A DNA stretch of 63,732 nucleotides, counting the filler, from Octopus bimaculoides (Eukaryota): the NCBI RefSeq assembly GCF_001194135.2. It is 8 parts of 5 records of this genome, joined end to end, with 100 filler letters (N's around TTAATTAATTAA, not from the genome) between each part and the next. Parts side by side here need not be neighbours in the genome. Positions count along the whole stretch, not along the records: positions 25,500 to 41,185 come from NC_068983.1; positions 41,286 to 56,138 come from NC_068981.1; 6 more parts are not named here. The stretch is one strand, 5' to 3'. The position numbers and the translations under genes were made by a program. The first letter of the stretch is position 1, and each line of letters opens with the position of its first letter. The notes beneath the pieces are model-generated. The model was not told where the DNA came from, searched no databases, and saw only the letters and a program-made list of their open reading frames with translations. Shown piece by piece: positions 38,801 through 52,087 of the stretch.

Positions 38801-38899
38801 GTAGCATATTATTTGATCATTTTCAGATACCAGAGGCCTGACAGTTTTATTGAAGAGCATTGCATGTTGAGTGTAGATTGTAAGGGCATGATAGTGCCG

Positions 38900-39285
38900 T
38901 CAGCACTGTCTGCCTGAGATGCGCATTGATTGAGAAAACCGTCCTTCACTCGCTCGTAAAGGACTCGAGCATTGCTACCTTGTGCAGTTAGGTTGAACAG
39001 CTGCTATTACGGATGCGGTTATCGGTTAATTACATTGTAACGATCGCACCGGTGCTTTCATTTATCCTGGATAGACAGACAGTTTTTCTCTGTCTGGTAG
39101 TTCAGGCGAAAGAGTTGTATGGTAGAAACGACTTAAGAGACCGAAAGCAGACACTTCCTTTTCGGCCAAACTTTTTTCATGAACATCCACTTGGAAAGGA
39201 AAATGAGGTGCTGCTTCATCAGAAAATTTCTAAAATGGTGGATGAATATAGCGAGATTGGCCCGAGTGAACGAGTCTGCCTCTAG
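38900..39285 (+). mobile_element. L1/Tx1 LINE ORF2 C-terminal remnant
   Basis: VCLRCALIEKTVLHSLV (C-x2-C-x8-H knuckle) ..VEQLL..FLCLVVQAKE; decayed. Confidence 0.6.
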
Positions 39286-40265
39286 GTATGCACCTGTTAG
39301 CTAAGAGATATGGAGGAGGAAAGAGGAGCACTTCCCATGGTATTCCTGGTGAATAAGGTGACTCAGAAACTATGGGGTTCTTTGCTTGACCCTGGGTTCG
39401 GGAAATATGTCGTTAGAATTGATTTTAATTGTTATCGTTTTATTGTTTCCACATGTTTATGTGAACTCCCTTTGTCCTATGTCTTTGTATTTTCCTAAAA
39501 CGTTTCTTGCAGCCCTTGTATCCCATCAAATACTATAACTTTGATCATCATTATTAAATTTCTAATAATACTGCAAATAGAAATAAATATAATTCGTTAG
39601 TATTGATTTGTTCATACATTATATATAAAAAAACAACATTGTTATTGTCTTTGTTATTATAAATTATATGTAATTTAGTAATTTTCTATGAATTATCAAA
39701 ATAATTATTGTGCAAATTTTTACTATTTTTCTCATATAGACGTTTGTTTACGGAGCCAGTCGAGAAAGAAATTTATGTATGTTATCATGATTCAGTGGAG
39801 CCGAATTTAGTTGAACTTGCTTACCAATTGAGCTTCAGCGTGGTCGCTTGAAGGAAGTATATAAGATAACGGTATGGAAATACTGAAGACAATGATTTTA
39901 AAGACACAGAAACGGTTTTGAGTAACATTCACTTTGTTTTCAAGTAAGCTGTCGTGAATGCATCACGTGGTCTTGAGTTAAAATTAAACGCCGATGATTT
40001 GATATTTTTCTGAACATATCACATAATTTAGACCAACATTGCTTCGCCACACCAAGGCTGTTGTAAAAATGTAATGTACTGGAATTTTCTGAGTAAAATT
40101 TAAGTGCGATAAAGCAGGGCTCCATATGCGCAGAGGGACCTACTTTTCTGTTATCATCTTAATACAGAACAAAATAACTGATTGTGGCTGTTTCGAAGCT
40201 GGAGATTTGGCAACGTTGACTAGATATTCAACCTGTTTTTATTACAATACACTTTGGAACTTGAC

Positions 40266-40382
<117 letters not shown>

Positions 40383-40878
40383 CACATGTTCGTGCACGCA
40401 GAAATATCCACATACATTCAAAAGGTAAGACAGACATTTCACATACATAGAACCATTTGACGTTTACACATATAAACAGAAGGAGGGGGAGTATTAAAAC
40501 ATCTGAAGTGAAATAAACAGCATCAAATCAGCAACACTAAATAAGCGATGCAAAAGCAGCTGTGCCAATCGTCTCTTACCAATTGCAATAAAAGTCGTGT
40601 GACAATCCTATGAACATCGCCATTAAAGTAAATGATCATAAAAATTAACAGAAATAAGTGATGGACCGGGACCTTAATATACTTACCTTGAATTGCTCTC
40701 AATATATCCGAACTGTATCAGACTTAAGGATTTTCTTCATTTTCATACACATGAATGCACACAGATAAAACATTGATCCATGCAGGTAAACTTGTATAGA
40801 TCAATCTCGTTGTAAAGTAAAAATGATTGCATATTCACATACTGTGTTCTATTTTTTGTTTCAACTTTTAAACCTCTC

Positions 40879-41178
40879 TGTGGGCCGCAGACCCACAGTC
40901 GTAGTATGGCGGTTTCGATTCCGAGACCGGACGTTGTTGGTAGTGTTTATTGACCAAAAATACCTAAAGCTCCACGAGTTTCCAGCTGTACTCTTTCACC
41001 AAAACTTTCTCTCATTCTTTCTTCCTGTTTCTGTTGTACCTGTATTCCAAAGGGCCAGCCTTGTCACACTGAATCTCCCCAAGAACTACGTTAAGGATAC
41101 AAATGTCTGTGTACAAGGAGGCTGTTCGGTTGATCGGATCAACTGGAACCCTCGTCGTAGTAGTCGACGGAGTACCAC
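40879..41178 (+). mobile_element. SINE family C, diverged and internally deleted
   Basis: gcggtttcgattccgagaccgg...cctaaagctccacgag...gatcggatcaactggaaccctcgtcg. Confidence 0.8.
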
Positions 41179-41544
41179 GATATATNNNNNNNNNNNNNNN
41201 NNNNNNNNNNNNNNNNNNNNNNNNNNNNNTTAATTAATTAANNNNNNNNNNNNNNNNNNNNNNNNNNNNNNNNNNNNNNNNNNNNCTGGAAAAAAAAATG
41301 GCTCAACACGATTAGATAAAGCGAAAAACGGGCTTTAAAATGGTATATAAAGTCAAAGTAATTTAACGATAATTAATTTGGAAATACATCATTTAAAACC
41401 AAAATAAAAAATTCCGCAAGAACCTTCTTGACAATCTAATACATATAATTTTCTTAATTCATTACCGCACCGGACAAAATGTTTAGTGACGTTTCTTTCG
41501 ACTTTACGTTCAAGTGTCGCCGGTATCGAGTTTGTCCTTACCCT

Positions 41545-41645
41545 TCATAATCGATAATATAAATACTCTTCGAGTACTGGGATCGATGTAATCGATTTAT
41601 CCACTCTCCAGAAATTGCGGGTCTTGTGCCAAAATTTGAAACCAA
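41545..41645 (+). mobile_element. SINE family A, 3' fragment
   Basis: gagtactgggatcgatgtaatcgatttatcc...gtcttgtgccaaaatttgaaacc. Confidence 0.65.
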
Positions 41646-42026
41646 CGGTAACGGCTATATGTTGTTTGAAGAGTTTATATTCATTCATATCATTTTTCCA
41701 ACCCGTGGAAGCTTGAAACATGGTCGCCAAAAGATGATGATGATGATGATGATGATGACGACGACGACAATGATGATGATGATGATTCATGTTTCACTTA
41801 AACAACGACGTATGACTCCCATTCCGTCCACCATACCTCGTATCTTTCAGTACCTTTTCTATGAGCATTTCTCACTCACTTCTTAAGTTAGGGGTGGGGG
41901 TCACTTATTTGGTTTCGTGACACCTTTTTTCTTTTTTTAAATTGCGTTAACGTTAGCAGAGGTGATAGGAGTGCCAGCATATACATCATCACCATCAAAA
42001 ACAGAATTAACATCAGTAACAACAGG

Positions 42027-42093
<67 letters not shown>

Positions 42094-43149
42094 CTGTATA
42101 TGGTGGTGGTGGTGGTGGTGGAGGNNNNNNNNNNNNNNNNNNNNNNNNNNNNNNNNNNNNNNNNNNNNNNNNNNNNNNNNNNNNNNNNNNNNNNNNNNNN
42201 NNNNNNNNNNNNNNNNNNNNNNNNNNNNNNNNNNNNNNNNNNNNNNNNNNNNNNNNNNNNNNNNNNNNNNNNNNNNNNNNNNNNNNNNNNNNNNNNNNNN
42301 NNNNNNNNNNNNNNNNNNNNNNNNNNNNNNNNNNNNNNNNNNNNNNNNNNNNNNNNNNNNNNNNNNNNNNNNNNNNNNNNNNNNNNNNNNNNNNNNNNNN
42401 NNNNNNNNNNNNNNNNNNNNNNNNNNNNNNNNNNNNNNNNNNNNNNNNNNNNNNNNNNNNNNNNNNNNNNNNNNNNNNNNNNNNNNNNNNNNNNNNNNNN
42501 NNNNNNNNNNNNNNNNNNNNNNNNNNNNNNNNNNNNNNNNNNNNNNNNNNNNNNNNNNNNNNNNNNNNNNNNNNNNNNNNNNNNNNNNNNNNNNNNNNNN
42601 NNNNNNNNNNNNNNNNNNNNNNNNNNNNNNNNNNNNNNNNNNNNNNNNNNNNNGCGGCGGCGGTGGCGGTGGCGGTGGTGGTGTTTGTGGTGGTGGTGAT
42701 GGTAGTAGAACATTTAACTTATAGATCATAAAATAATATATTTCAAATTGCAATCATAAAGTGACAACTAAAACAGATGACTATGCTGGGATTAAAATGA
42801 TTTTCCTATCACGTGGGCAATAAAATTCCAATTTGGAAAGAAGTCATTCTGCAATAGCGTGTTTAACTGATGATCTACAAAGAACGTAGTTATTTGTCTT
42901 GTTTGGCTATCAGTTAACCTTCTGCCTTCTTTAAATCATATAACCCAAAGAGCCATATTTACATTTAAGATATAGAACCGTATTCGTTCACAAATACTTG
43001 TGTAAGAGGCATCAAACGTAATAAATATTGAGTAAATGAACTCTAATTAATGGGTAAAAAAAGGCGTAAATCACAGCTTTGAAAAGTTAGTGATTTTTTT
43101 TTGTTATAGCGGTATTGATTCAAAGCACACGTGAACTCCGTCAGAGAAC

Positions 43150-43420
43150 AGCGGAAACCATGACTCTTGCACGAAACGGCGTGAAGAAAAAACTTAACAT
43201 TATCAACTGGAGTGAAGACATCGATAAACATAGGAAGTACCTTGTTATCACCCTTCCCTATGATATTGGTCCACATAAATTTATTTAAAACACTACAATA
43301 CTTCACAGCTACACCCACCAAAAACCCACCCCACATTTTTCAAAGAATTAAAATTTTTATAAAGATCCCGCGCAGGATATTTGTTCAAATGTACAACACA
43401 ATAAGAACAGCATCAAAAAC
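43150..43420 (+). mobile_element. Possible highly decayed PLE RT-endonuclease linker
   Basis: KRR*RKNL..STGVKTSINIGSTLLSPFP resembles the PLE RKR..VKTNIG..FP segment; weak. Confidence 0.3.
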
Positions 43421-44926
43421 ACCTTTATAGAACTAAAAGATTTTATCATCACACTCGACATACAGCTAGGACAATTCCATCTCCATATAAAGCAGCCAAT
43501 ATACCAAATACATATAAAAGTGAAAGACAAAAGGAAAAATGTTTTTCTCCGTCTAGATCAAGGTTTCAACTCTTTTCTTCCATCAACACTTGTAAAGTGG
43601 TAAGGAGACAAGATTTCAAAAGCTTCATGACCATACAAAATTGCATATGCGCCCCTAAATACTTCGGACCTGACAGAACCAATGCAGTCACCAATGTCTA
43701 CAACTTCTCGTACAAACACTGACAGCATTAGACACTGTGCCGCACGTTGATAATCTCGAAGTGAAATAGCATCATAAAACACAATATCACTCCTATGATA
43801 ATATGAAAATTTTAGCTGAACAGAGTAATGGTCTTTGAGTCATACTTTGACGTTCAAACTGTTACTGTATATCATAGGAAACGAGATGAGGCCTGACATT
43901 AGGTCACTAAACAAGAACATGAAGAACAATAGCAAAAATGTTATTATTATTATTATTTATTTCGAATATTGAAGTTAAGGCATAAACTTGCATTGATAGT
44001 AGTTGCCATTTAATCAACTACAGTTGATTAAAAGAATGAAAAGCAAAGTTAAACACTGCGGGAAATACAGGTTATTTTGTTGGAAATTTTAAGAATTCTG
44101 CCAATCCACTGCTCTATCAACAAGAACAATGTTAGAAACAAAGTCTGTTATAGAAGCAACTTAAACTATGCAAGTGTATGAATGAATGATTTTCTTGTAT
44201 GTAAAATAATTATCACATATGCTTGGCTTCCGTGATGACTCATGAGGAGATAAGATAACTATCACACTTCAAAATGTTGCGATACAGTAGATCGTACTAA
44301 AACAGAAATACCAAGGACTAATCTAACTTCAAAATATTTCTTAGAATAACTCTGTGAAGTATTATTTTCTACGGTATGTAGAAAAATTGCTTCTATCTGA
44401 AGATGATCGTCGTTTCTTTCAAGCCGAAATATTATAATAAGTGCATATCTTTAAAAATATGGAATTTATAGATAAACATTCTCTCATTTGCACTGCTTGA
44501 CTTCGTCTGAAAAGAGAACTTGCTATCAATGCCGACGCATATGCCTTAAGAGAACACGAATGCGCACACTTGTAAACACGCACACTCAGTGTTTGTATGT
44601 ACAATACAAAATATACAACGTCACATGCAAGAGAGTATGACTCAGTCTCATGTAGTATGTTTTCGCTATAATGCGCATCTATAGTGGCAAGCAACCACAG
44701 CTACCCTTTCTGTTAATTTACATTGCACCTAGCAGAATATCGAGGATATGATGGCTTGAAGGAGAGAGGGCTTCCAGAGCACTGAGCTGATAGTACTTTC
44801 CAATTGAATGGACTGGAAAACCTTTAATGAAGTGCATTACTCAAAGACATAATGATGTCCAGGAATGGATCCCACCACTTATTATCATGAGTCCATCAAG
44901 CTAATAACTCTTGTGCATAGATATTA

Positions 44927-45018
44927 TTTGTACCATCATCTGCACGACTTTTGTACCATCGTCTGCACGACATTTGTACCATCGTCTGCACGGCTTTTAT
45001 ACCATTGTCTGCATGGCT
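44927..45018. repeat. Minisatellite, 4 x 23 bp (tttgtaccatcgtctgcacgact)
   Basis: Four head-to-tail units with 1-4 substitutions each. Confidence 0.93.
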
Positions 45019-45108
45019 GAGGTTTCCTTCCATTGCCCAAAAGCAAACTATACACTAAGCAGATGTAGTAACTATGTGTCTTCTTTTCAGACCCACATTC
45101 ATGTCGTT

Positions 45109-45507
45109 CTATATGATTAACTTCCTCTCTGTTTTCAGAGTTGGGTCTTCCTTTTCTTTGCTGTAGCTACCATCACTTATAAGACTTGCCAACTTTTCAG
45201 AGTAGTCAGACTTGTTCATCACTACTGTAGCATTTCCCTTGTCTGCTGGAAGTATTATGATGTAATTGTCATTCTGTAGTCTTTTGATAGCGAACTTTTC
45301 TTCCTTGGTGATGTTTGGTTTAGGAGGTTTTCTTTTTTCTAGTACCTGTATCACTTTCCACCTAAAATCATCTCCCTGAGCTTTTGGTATCTTTACGGCT
45401 ATCTCTTCAATAGGGGCTATTATGTCCAAGTATGGAATACGCTTGATGGTTGTCGCAAAGTTGAGACCTTTGTTCAAGATTCCGAGTTCGATTCCAAGCA
45501 GTGATCT
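45109..45507 (-). mobile_element. Penelope-like element, region N-terminal to RT
   Basis: ILNKGLNFATT..PKPNITKEEKFAIKRLQNDNYIIILPADKGNATVVMNKSDYSEKL..DGSYSK..DPTLK; diagnostic PADKG..VVM motif. Confidence 0.88.
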
Positions 45508-45514
45508 GAACAAT

Positions 45515-45578
<64 letters not shown>

Positions 45579-45626
45579 TCGAAAAATACCTTAGGAATGA
45601 GAACCCAGGTTCGAAATTTCCCCCAA

Positions 45627-45672
45627 GATACCTGAAGAAGGCTGGAGGGTATATCAGCCGAAACGTTGTGGT
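45627..45672 (+). ncRNA. Minimal hammerhead ribozyme motif with intact core (PLE terminus)
   Basis: TAC-CTGAAGA-A-GGCTG(10 nt)CAGCC-GAAAC-GTT-GTG; 5-bp stem II; palindromic AACGTT helix III; only 3-bp helix I. Confidence 0.65.
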
Positions 45673-45708
45673 AACATGAAACAAGATGAGGACAAATATC
45701 CGTCGAAT

Positions 45709-45753
45709 GTAAATAATGTAAATAATGTAAATAATGTAAATAATGTAAATAAT
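45709..45753. repeat. (TGTAAATAA)n, about 5 copies, tail of the PLE terminal repeat
   Basis: Directly visible. Confidence 0.9.
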
Positions 45754-46075
45754 GAACTCGTTGCTTCGTTTAGACTAAAAATCTAAGAAATATCAATCGA
45801 CTAAAAAAAGTTTTTACTCCTCAATTAAAAATATATCAAAATAGATCATTTCTAAAAAAAACATGGTAGGTTGAAGTCCAAGGAGCGTAAGAGAGTTCCA
45901 GAAGATCAGGTATATATTTATATATATATATAGTAAATTAATGAAACATATATCAGAAACGTAGCACACTATAAAGAATAGAGCAGTAATTATTACAACA
46001 AAAATGTTAATAGAACCACAAGCGAAATCAAAACGTCGATATAAGTTATAGTGAAGTGAAATTTAGAAATCGAAG

Positions 46076-46300
46076 CCAAGGAATTGGCTGTGAAGCGATG
46101 GTGGGGAGACAAACACAGACACACACACACATTCACACACACACGCGCATACACGACAGGCTTTTTTTAGTTTCCGTCTACAATATTCACTCACAATGCT
46201 TCGGTCGGCCCGAGGCTATAGCAAAAGACACTTGCCCAAGGTGCCACGCAGTGGGATTGAACCGGGACCATGTTGTTGGTAAGCAAGCTACTTACCACAC
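46076..46300 (-). mobile_element. SINE family B, 5' two-thirds including tRNA-like head
   Basis: gtttccgtctac...ggtcggcccgaggctatag...cttgcccaaggtgccacgcagtgggattgaacc...ggtaagcaagctacttaccacac. Confidence 0.85.
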
Positions 46301-46678
46301 ACGCATACATATATGCATGTATATATGTATGTATGCATGCATATATGAATGTGTATGTATGCATGCGTGCCTGTATGTATATATGTATGTATGTATGCAT
46401 GTATGTATGTATGTAGGTAGGTAGGTAGGTAGGTAGGTAGGNNNNNNNNNNNNNNNNNNNNNNNNNNNNNNNNNNNNNNNNNNNNNNNNNNNNNNNNNNN
46501 NNNNNNNNNNNNNNNNNNNNNNNNNNNNNNNNNNNNNNNNNNNNNNNNNNNNNNNNNNNNNNNNNNNNNNNNNNNNNNNNNNNNNNNNNNNNNNNNNNNN
46601 NNNNNNNNNNNNNNNNNNNNNNNNNNNNNNNNNNNNNNNNNNNNNNNNNNNNNNNNNNNNNNNNNNNNNNNNNNNNNN

Positions 46679-46762
46679 ATTTGACCTCAGAACGTAGCGA
46701 CAGACGAAATACCTCTAAGCATTTCACCCGGCGTGCTAACGTTTCTGCCAGCTCGCCTCCTT
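46679..46762 (-). mobile_element. SINE family A, head
   Basis: cagaacgtagcgacagacgaaatacctctaagcatttcacccggcgtgctaacgtttctgccagctcgcctcc. Confidence 0.85.
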
Positions 46763-47224
46763 GTATGTATGTATGTATGTATGTATGTATGTATGTATGT
46801 ATGTATGTATGTATGTATGTATGTATGTATGTATGCATGTATGTATGTATGTAGGTAGGTAGGTAGGTAGGTAGGTAGGTAGGCATGAATGTATGTATGT
46901 ATACACATATGTATATTACTTTATTTTCAAGGCGGTCAGCTAGTACACTTTTTTCCGGGCTGAACAAAATACTTGGAGGCATTTCTTCTGGTTCTTTACT
47001 GTCTGAATTTGATTTCAACGATGTGTTTCATCGTTTCGTGTTCGTGGAAACAAGTTTCTGTTAGCCACTAGGACTGATGTAATTGACAACACAATTTCAA
47101 TCTTTGTACCTACAGCAGAAAGATTATATTACATAATTTATACACTTAAACATTTATATATGCATACACAAATATAATATAATATTATATATATATATAT
47201 ATATATACGCACGCACATGTACAT

Positions 47225-47335
<111 letters not shown>

Positions 47336-48383
47336 ATTGATTAATAGCAGACAGAATTGCATTAATAGTTAATTGCCTGCAGATTCTTGTCCTACCATTG
47401 TCCTTCTTATGTTTATTGTTGACCAAACCATAGAAAACCTAACCATACCAACAGAAATAATGGCATTATTGTTTTCATTATTATTGTTGTTTTTATCGCT
47501 AATGTTGTTATTGTTATTACTATTGTTGTTGTTGTTGTTATTATTATTACTGTCATTATTATTATTGTTTTCCTTTGTATTGTTATTAAATGCTGCTTTT
47601 CTCAGAGCTCACCCAAGAAACCATCAATCCATTTTCGTCAATTGCATCATTTTCTCAAAGTCAATGACTGTCCAGCACATTTACGTATTTTTCCTGTATT
47701 GTTTATGTAATTCCTGTAAAGTTGACTTAGTCACCATGTGGATTTTCTGAAGGATTAATTTATGACATTTTAAACAGAGAATTTATGGCATAAGAATCGT
47801 TTCTATCTAGATTCAATGAATATAATTTAATACATTTGATTTTCATACATTATTGATTGCATGCTTACTTAGCTTATTTGGTTAAATTGCTTTCCGAAAT
47901 TGAGTAATTAATATGAATGATTGCTTTTGTATTTCTTTTGACAAAATGACTATGGCTATGCGAGTGTATAATGAGGTTTGAGATTTAATATAGGGTGGCA
48001 GCTAAACGACGTCCAAAGATTCGATGGTTAGGAAGCAATATTTTCAGCCAGTGTCGCTAGTAATATATCTGGTACCGCAATCCACGATATTAAAGTAGCA
48101 TAGAAACACGTTGCCTGGAAACTTGGAGAAGAGAATGTGACCTGGCATCTAAGATAGGTCGATGATAGGGTTGAGTTAATGTCTTCTAGAGAAAGATGGG
48201 GAATAAAGAAGTGGAGAAGAGTGGAGTTTGAGTGGGAGCATTTAAGTTTCGCCGGTTAGTAACTTGAAAAGATTTAATTCTTATTTTACTCTGTGCGTAT
48301 GTGTTATGTGTGTGTGTGTGTGCGAGTGGTGTGTGTGTATGTATATAGATAGATAAATAGATACGTATATATACATACATGCA

Positions 48384-48414
<31 letters not shown>

Positions 48415-48509
48415 ATATATATGGGAGAATGTACGAAAAAAACAACAGACGAGGACAGGTGGTGTAAACAACAAAAGGATGTATTAGTTTAACGCTCGGG
48501 AATAGAGAG

Positions 48510-48546
48510 TCTTTAGCGTTTCGTGCTACGCTCTTCAACAGAAAGA
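48510..48546 (-). ncRNA. Degenerate minimal hammerhead motif (same family as 60288-60324)
   Basis: Minus strand TCTTT-CTGTTGA-A-GAGCGTAGCAC-GAAAC-GCT-AAAGA; stem II and cleavage triplet mutated. Confidence 0.55.
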
Positions 48547-49471
48547 ATACGGAGAAAATAAGGAGAAAAACACGGAGGAAAAAAATATATATATGTATCA
48601 AATGCATCGTTGGAATGTACCTGTAGAAGATTGTCATTTTATACTTTAAGTCGAAAATGAAAACTACACCCTCTCTTACTCACGCGTGGGTACGACTTTG
48701 TGATATGTACCTTGCTTTCACTGATTGTTTTTAGATGGCAGAGCAGTCTCCCTCTCGACTCCTCATTATACATCCAAGAGAATTTCCAAACTATTAGAGC
48801 TAGAAAGCTGCGGTGAGAGAGAGAGGTTTGGAGAGAAAAGGAGAGAGAAATAGGTAGATAGATAGATGATAGATAGACAGAGAGAGAAAGAGAGAGAGGT
48901 GGGGACTGCATCAGCACACGGGTGGTTAACATCACAGTTGAGGAGACTGGAGCATCATGAAATGAAGTGACTTGGTCAAGCGCAAAATCCACCGACTGGT
49001 GTAAAATGTGAACGCATGTCCTTATATCAATCATCAGTGAACACTCTTAGCCCGAGTACACGCGCCATCAAAACGAAAATAGCTAATCTGAACTTCTCGA
49101 GAGATAACTGAACCATGGTAATTATATTATTCTACTGCCGTAACGAAAAAACAAGAGAAGATGATAATGGAGTGACGAGGCGAATAAATCATAAACAAGA
49201 CATTATTGTATTTGAATGTATTTGATTATGTTAAGTAATGCTAAGTAAAGTTTTTCTCAGCTCAGTACTAATATAATTTTAATTCATTAAAGCTTTCGAG
49301 CTTCCCGTATAAGGTATATTAACAAATAATTCAGTACACTCACATACATACATACATACATACATAATACATGTATACATACATACGCACATACATGCAT
49401 AAGTACATATATGCATACATATATATATATATATATATACAGACACACTCGCAAGCGCACACTAACACACG

Positions 49472-49506
<35 letters not shown>

Positions 49507-49525
49507 ATATATATAGAAAGACGAG

Positions 49526-50445
49526 ACATGCAACATAAAGAATATTTCCCTTCATCAGTTGTCCCTAACCCATCTACTCCGCGTTTTGAAGGCAAGGACA
49601 ATACGCGACTTCGTTGGAACAGTCCTTCCCGCAAAGCAAATTAAATAAAATTTGGAATTTTTTGCGTAGGGTGAAAGTATTAACAAGAACAGGACAGTAA
49701 GACAGTAAAAACAAACAATGAGGGCTGTTAGACCAAGACGATAGAAAAATTATTATTTTTTGAACGCTAGTAGACGTGAATGAGAGGAGAGACAAGTGTC
49801 AGAAAAATCACGTCTTCTCTATAAAAAGCCAGCGGATAGAAAGAAAGAATCCCTTTCGTCACGTGTCAGCGACGAGAGGGTCAAGGAGGAAGAGTGAGAG
49901 AGAGAGAGAGAGAGGGGGGACGGTGAAAGAAGAATAGGGAAAGGGTGGGAGAGAAAACAAAAAGGATGAAGAACAAGAGAGGGAGAGAGATAGACAGGGA
50001 AGTAATAGTAATAGTAGTAGTAGTAGAGTGCGCAAATAAATATTAAGATAAAACTTACTTAGAGAAAGATGCATGGCGTTCGATCATATAATAATATAAA
50101 TAATATATAAATATATGCATATATCCATACATATATGTACATACCTACATATATATGTATACATACATGCATATATGGGTACAGGACATCACAAAAAAAA
50201 AACGTTAAAAGCAATGAGAAAGGATAACAGAAAACGAACTTATTTTGAACAACGAAAAAAAAAACCAGAGAGATGAAACATGCAACATAAAGAATATTTC
50301 CCTTCATCAGTTGTCCCTGCTCCATCTACTTCGCCTTCGAAGGCAACGACAATACACGACTTCGTTGGAATAATTCTTCCCGCAAAGCAAGTTAAATAAA
50401 ATTTGGAATTTTTTGCGGAGGGTGAATGTGTTAACAAGGACAGGA
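49526..50445. repeat. Two direct copies of an about 170-bp repeat (49526-49694, 50278-50445)
   Basis: acatgcaacataaagaatatttcccttcatcagttgtccct...aaataaaatttggaattttttgcg..gggtgaa in both copies. Confidence 0.88.
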
Positions 50446-50645
50446 TCCTTCTGAATTGACGGGCACCACTTTTCATTTATGTTTTATGTAGTGTTTTTGG
50501 TACCGAAACACTTTCAAACTTTGTATACTTGTATATTTTGCGTTATAGAACCGATAAAAATTTTGTATTCGAAGTTATTTCATGTAAAAAAATTGTCGTA
50601 TTTCGGTAATTTCAACCAATTACTGACGTCTACTGAGGTGAACAC
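50443..50645. mobile_element. Decayed one-ended copy of the Merlin-like MITE
   Basis: ggatccttctgaattgacgggcacca (degenerate TIR) followed by sequence matching the reverse complement of 31860-32030. Confidence 0.8.
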
Positions 50646-51166
50646 AATTACTGCCGTGGAATGTAAACAACATGTTCTAACGGGGTCATGGGATCTTTTC
50701 CCTTGAATAAAATTAGTACCGTTGTTTGTCAACAACAACTATCGGCGGTTCTGTTATTTATGACATCGTTCGTGCCTTTGTACTGGTTTTGTACTAGTAT
50801 TTCCATACACGCCAGCTTACTTTAATTCGTCCTTAGTCGAAAGACATCTGTTGTTTTGTCCTGTTATTATTACTACTGTATTTGTGTAATATTGTTAATT
50901 TTTTCCGTCCTTGTTTTTGTATACATTCGCTGCTTTCTTCCAAGGAATCTAATGCACTTAGCTTAGTTTTACCTTGGGGCTGGCCAGATTGGAGCAATAT
51001 CGAGAATAACCAGCCGAAATTGCAAGGATAATCTGGATCTCGACTGAAGAGAGAAAACTCCGAATGACCTGTCCGTGTTTTCTTTGTATAGTCTATCTGG
51101 ATGTTTTGTCTCTTGTATCACCTAACTGTCTTGATGTTTTGCGTTCTTGTCCCATTCTGTATTATA

Positions 51167-51216
<50 letters not shown>

Positions 51217-52087
51217 NNNNNNNNNNNNNNNNNNNNNNNNNNNNNNNNNNNNNNNNNNNNNNNNNNNNNNNNNNNNNNNNNNNNNNNNNNNNNNNNNNNN
51301 NNNNNNNNNNNNNNNNNNNNNNNNNNNNNNNNNNNNNNNNNNNNNNNNNNNNNNNNNNNNNNNNNNNNNNNNNNNNNNNNNNNNNNNNNNNNNNNNNNNN
51401 NNNNNNNNNNNNNNNNNNNNNNNNNNNNNNNNNNNNNNNNNNNNNNNNNNNNNNNNNNNNNNNNNNNNNNNNNNNNNNNNNNNNNNNNNNNNNNNNNNNN
51501 NNNNNNNNNNNNNNNNNNNNNNNNNNNNNNNNNNNNNNNNNNNNNNNNNNNNNNNNNNNNNNNNNNNNNNNNNNNNNNNNNNNNNNNNNNNNNNNNNNNN
51601 NNNNNNNNNNNNNNNNNNNNNNNNNNNNNNNNNNNNNNNNNNNNNNNNNNNNNNNNNNNNNNNNNNNNNNNNNNNNNNNNNNNNNNNNNNNNNNNNNNNN
51701 NNNNNNNNNNNNNNNNNNNNNNNNNNNNNNNNNNNNNNNNNNNNNNNNNNNNNNNNNNNNNNNNNNNNNNNNNNNNNNNNNNNNNNNNNNNNNNNNNNNN
51801 NNNNNNNNNNNNNNNNNNNNNNNNNNNNNNNNNNNNNNNNNNNNNNNNNNNNNNNNNNNNNNNNNNNNNNNNNNNNNNNNNNNNNNNNNNNNNNNNNNNN
51901 NNNNNNNNNNNNNNNNNNNNNNNNNNNNNNNNNNNNNNNNNNNNNNNNNNNNNNNNNNNNNNNNNNNNNNNNNNNNNNNNNNNNNNNNNNNNNNNNNNNN
52001 NNNNNNNNNNNNNNNNNNNNNNNNNNNNNNNNNNNNNNNNNNNNNNNNNNNNNNNNNNNNNNNNNNNNNNNNNNNNNNNNNNNNNNN

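Noticed and set aside
43640-43680. EGF-like string CICAPKYFGPDR on the plus strand
   Set aside because: Final Cys and upstream Cys spacing are missing, and such a short pattern is expected by chance in six frames of 63 kb.
48735-48812. Plus-strand 78-bp AG/GT-bounded open segment, same length as the acidic exons
   Set aside because: Opposite strand, not acidic, no similarity to exons 4-6 and no partner exon; length match taken as coincidence.
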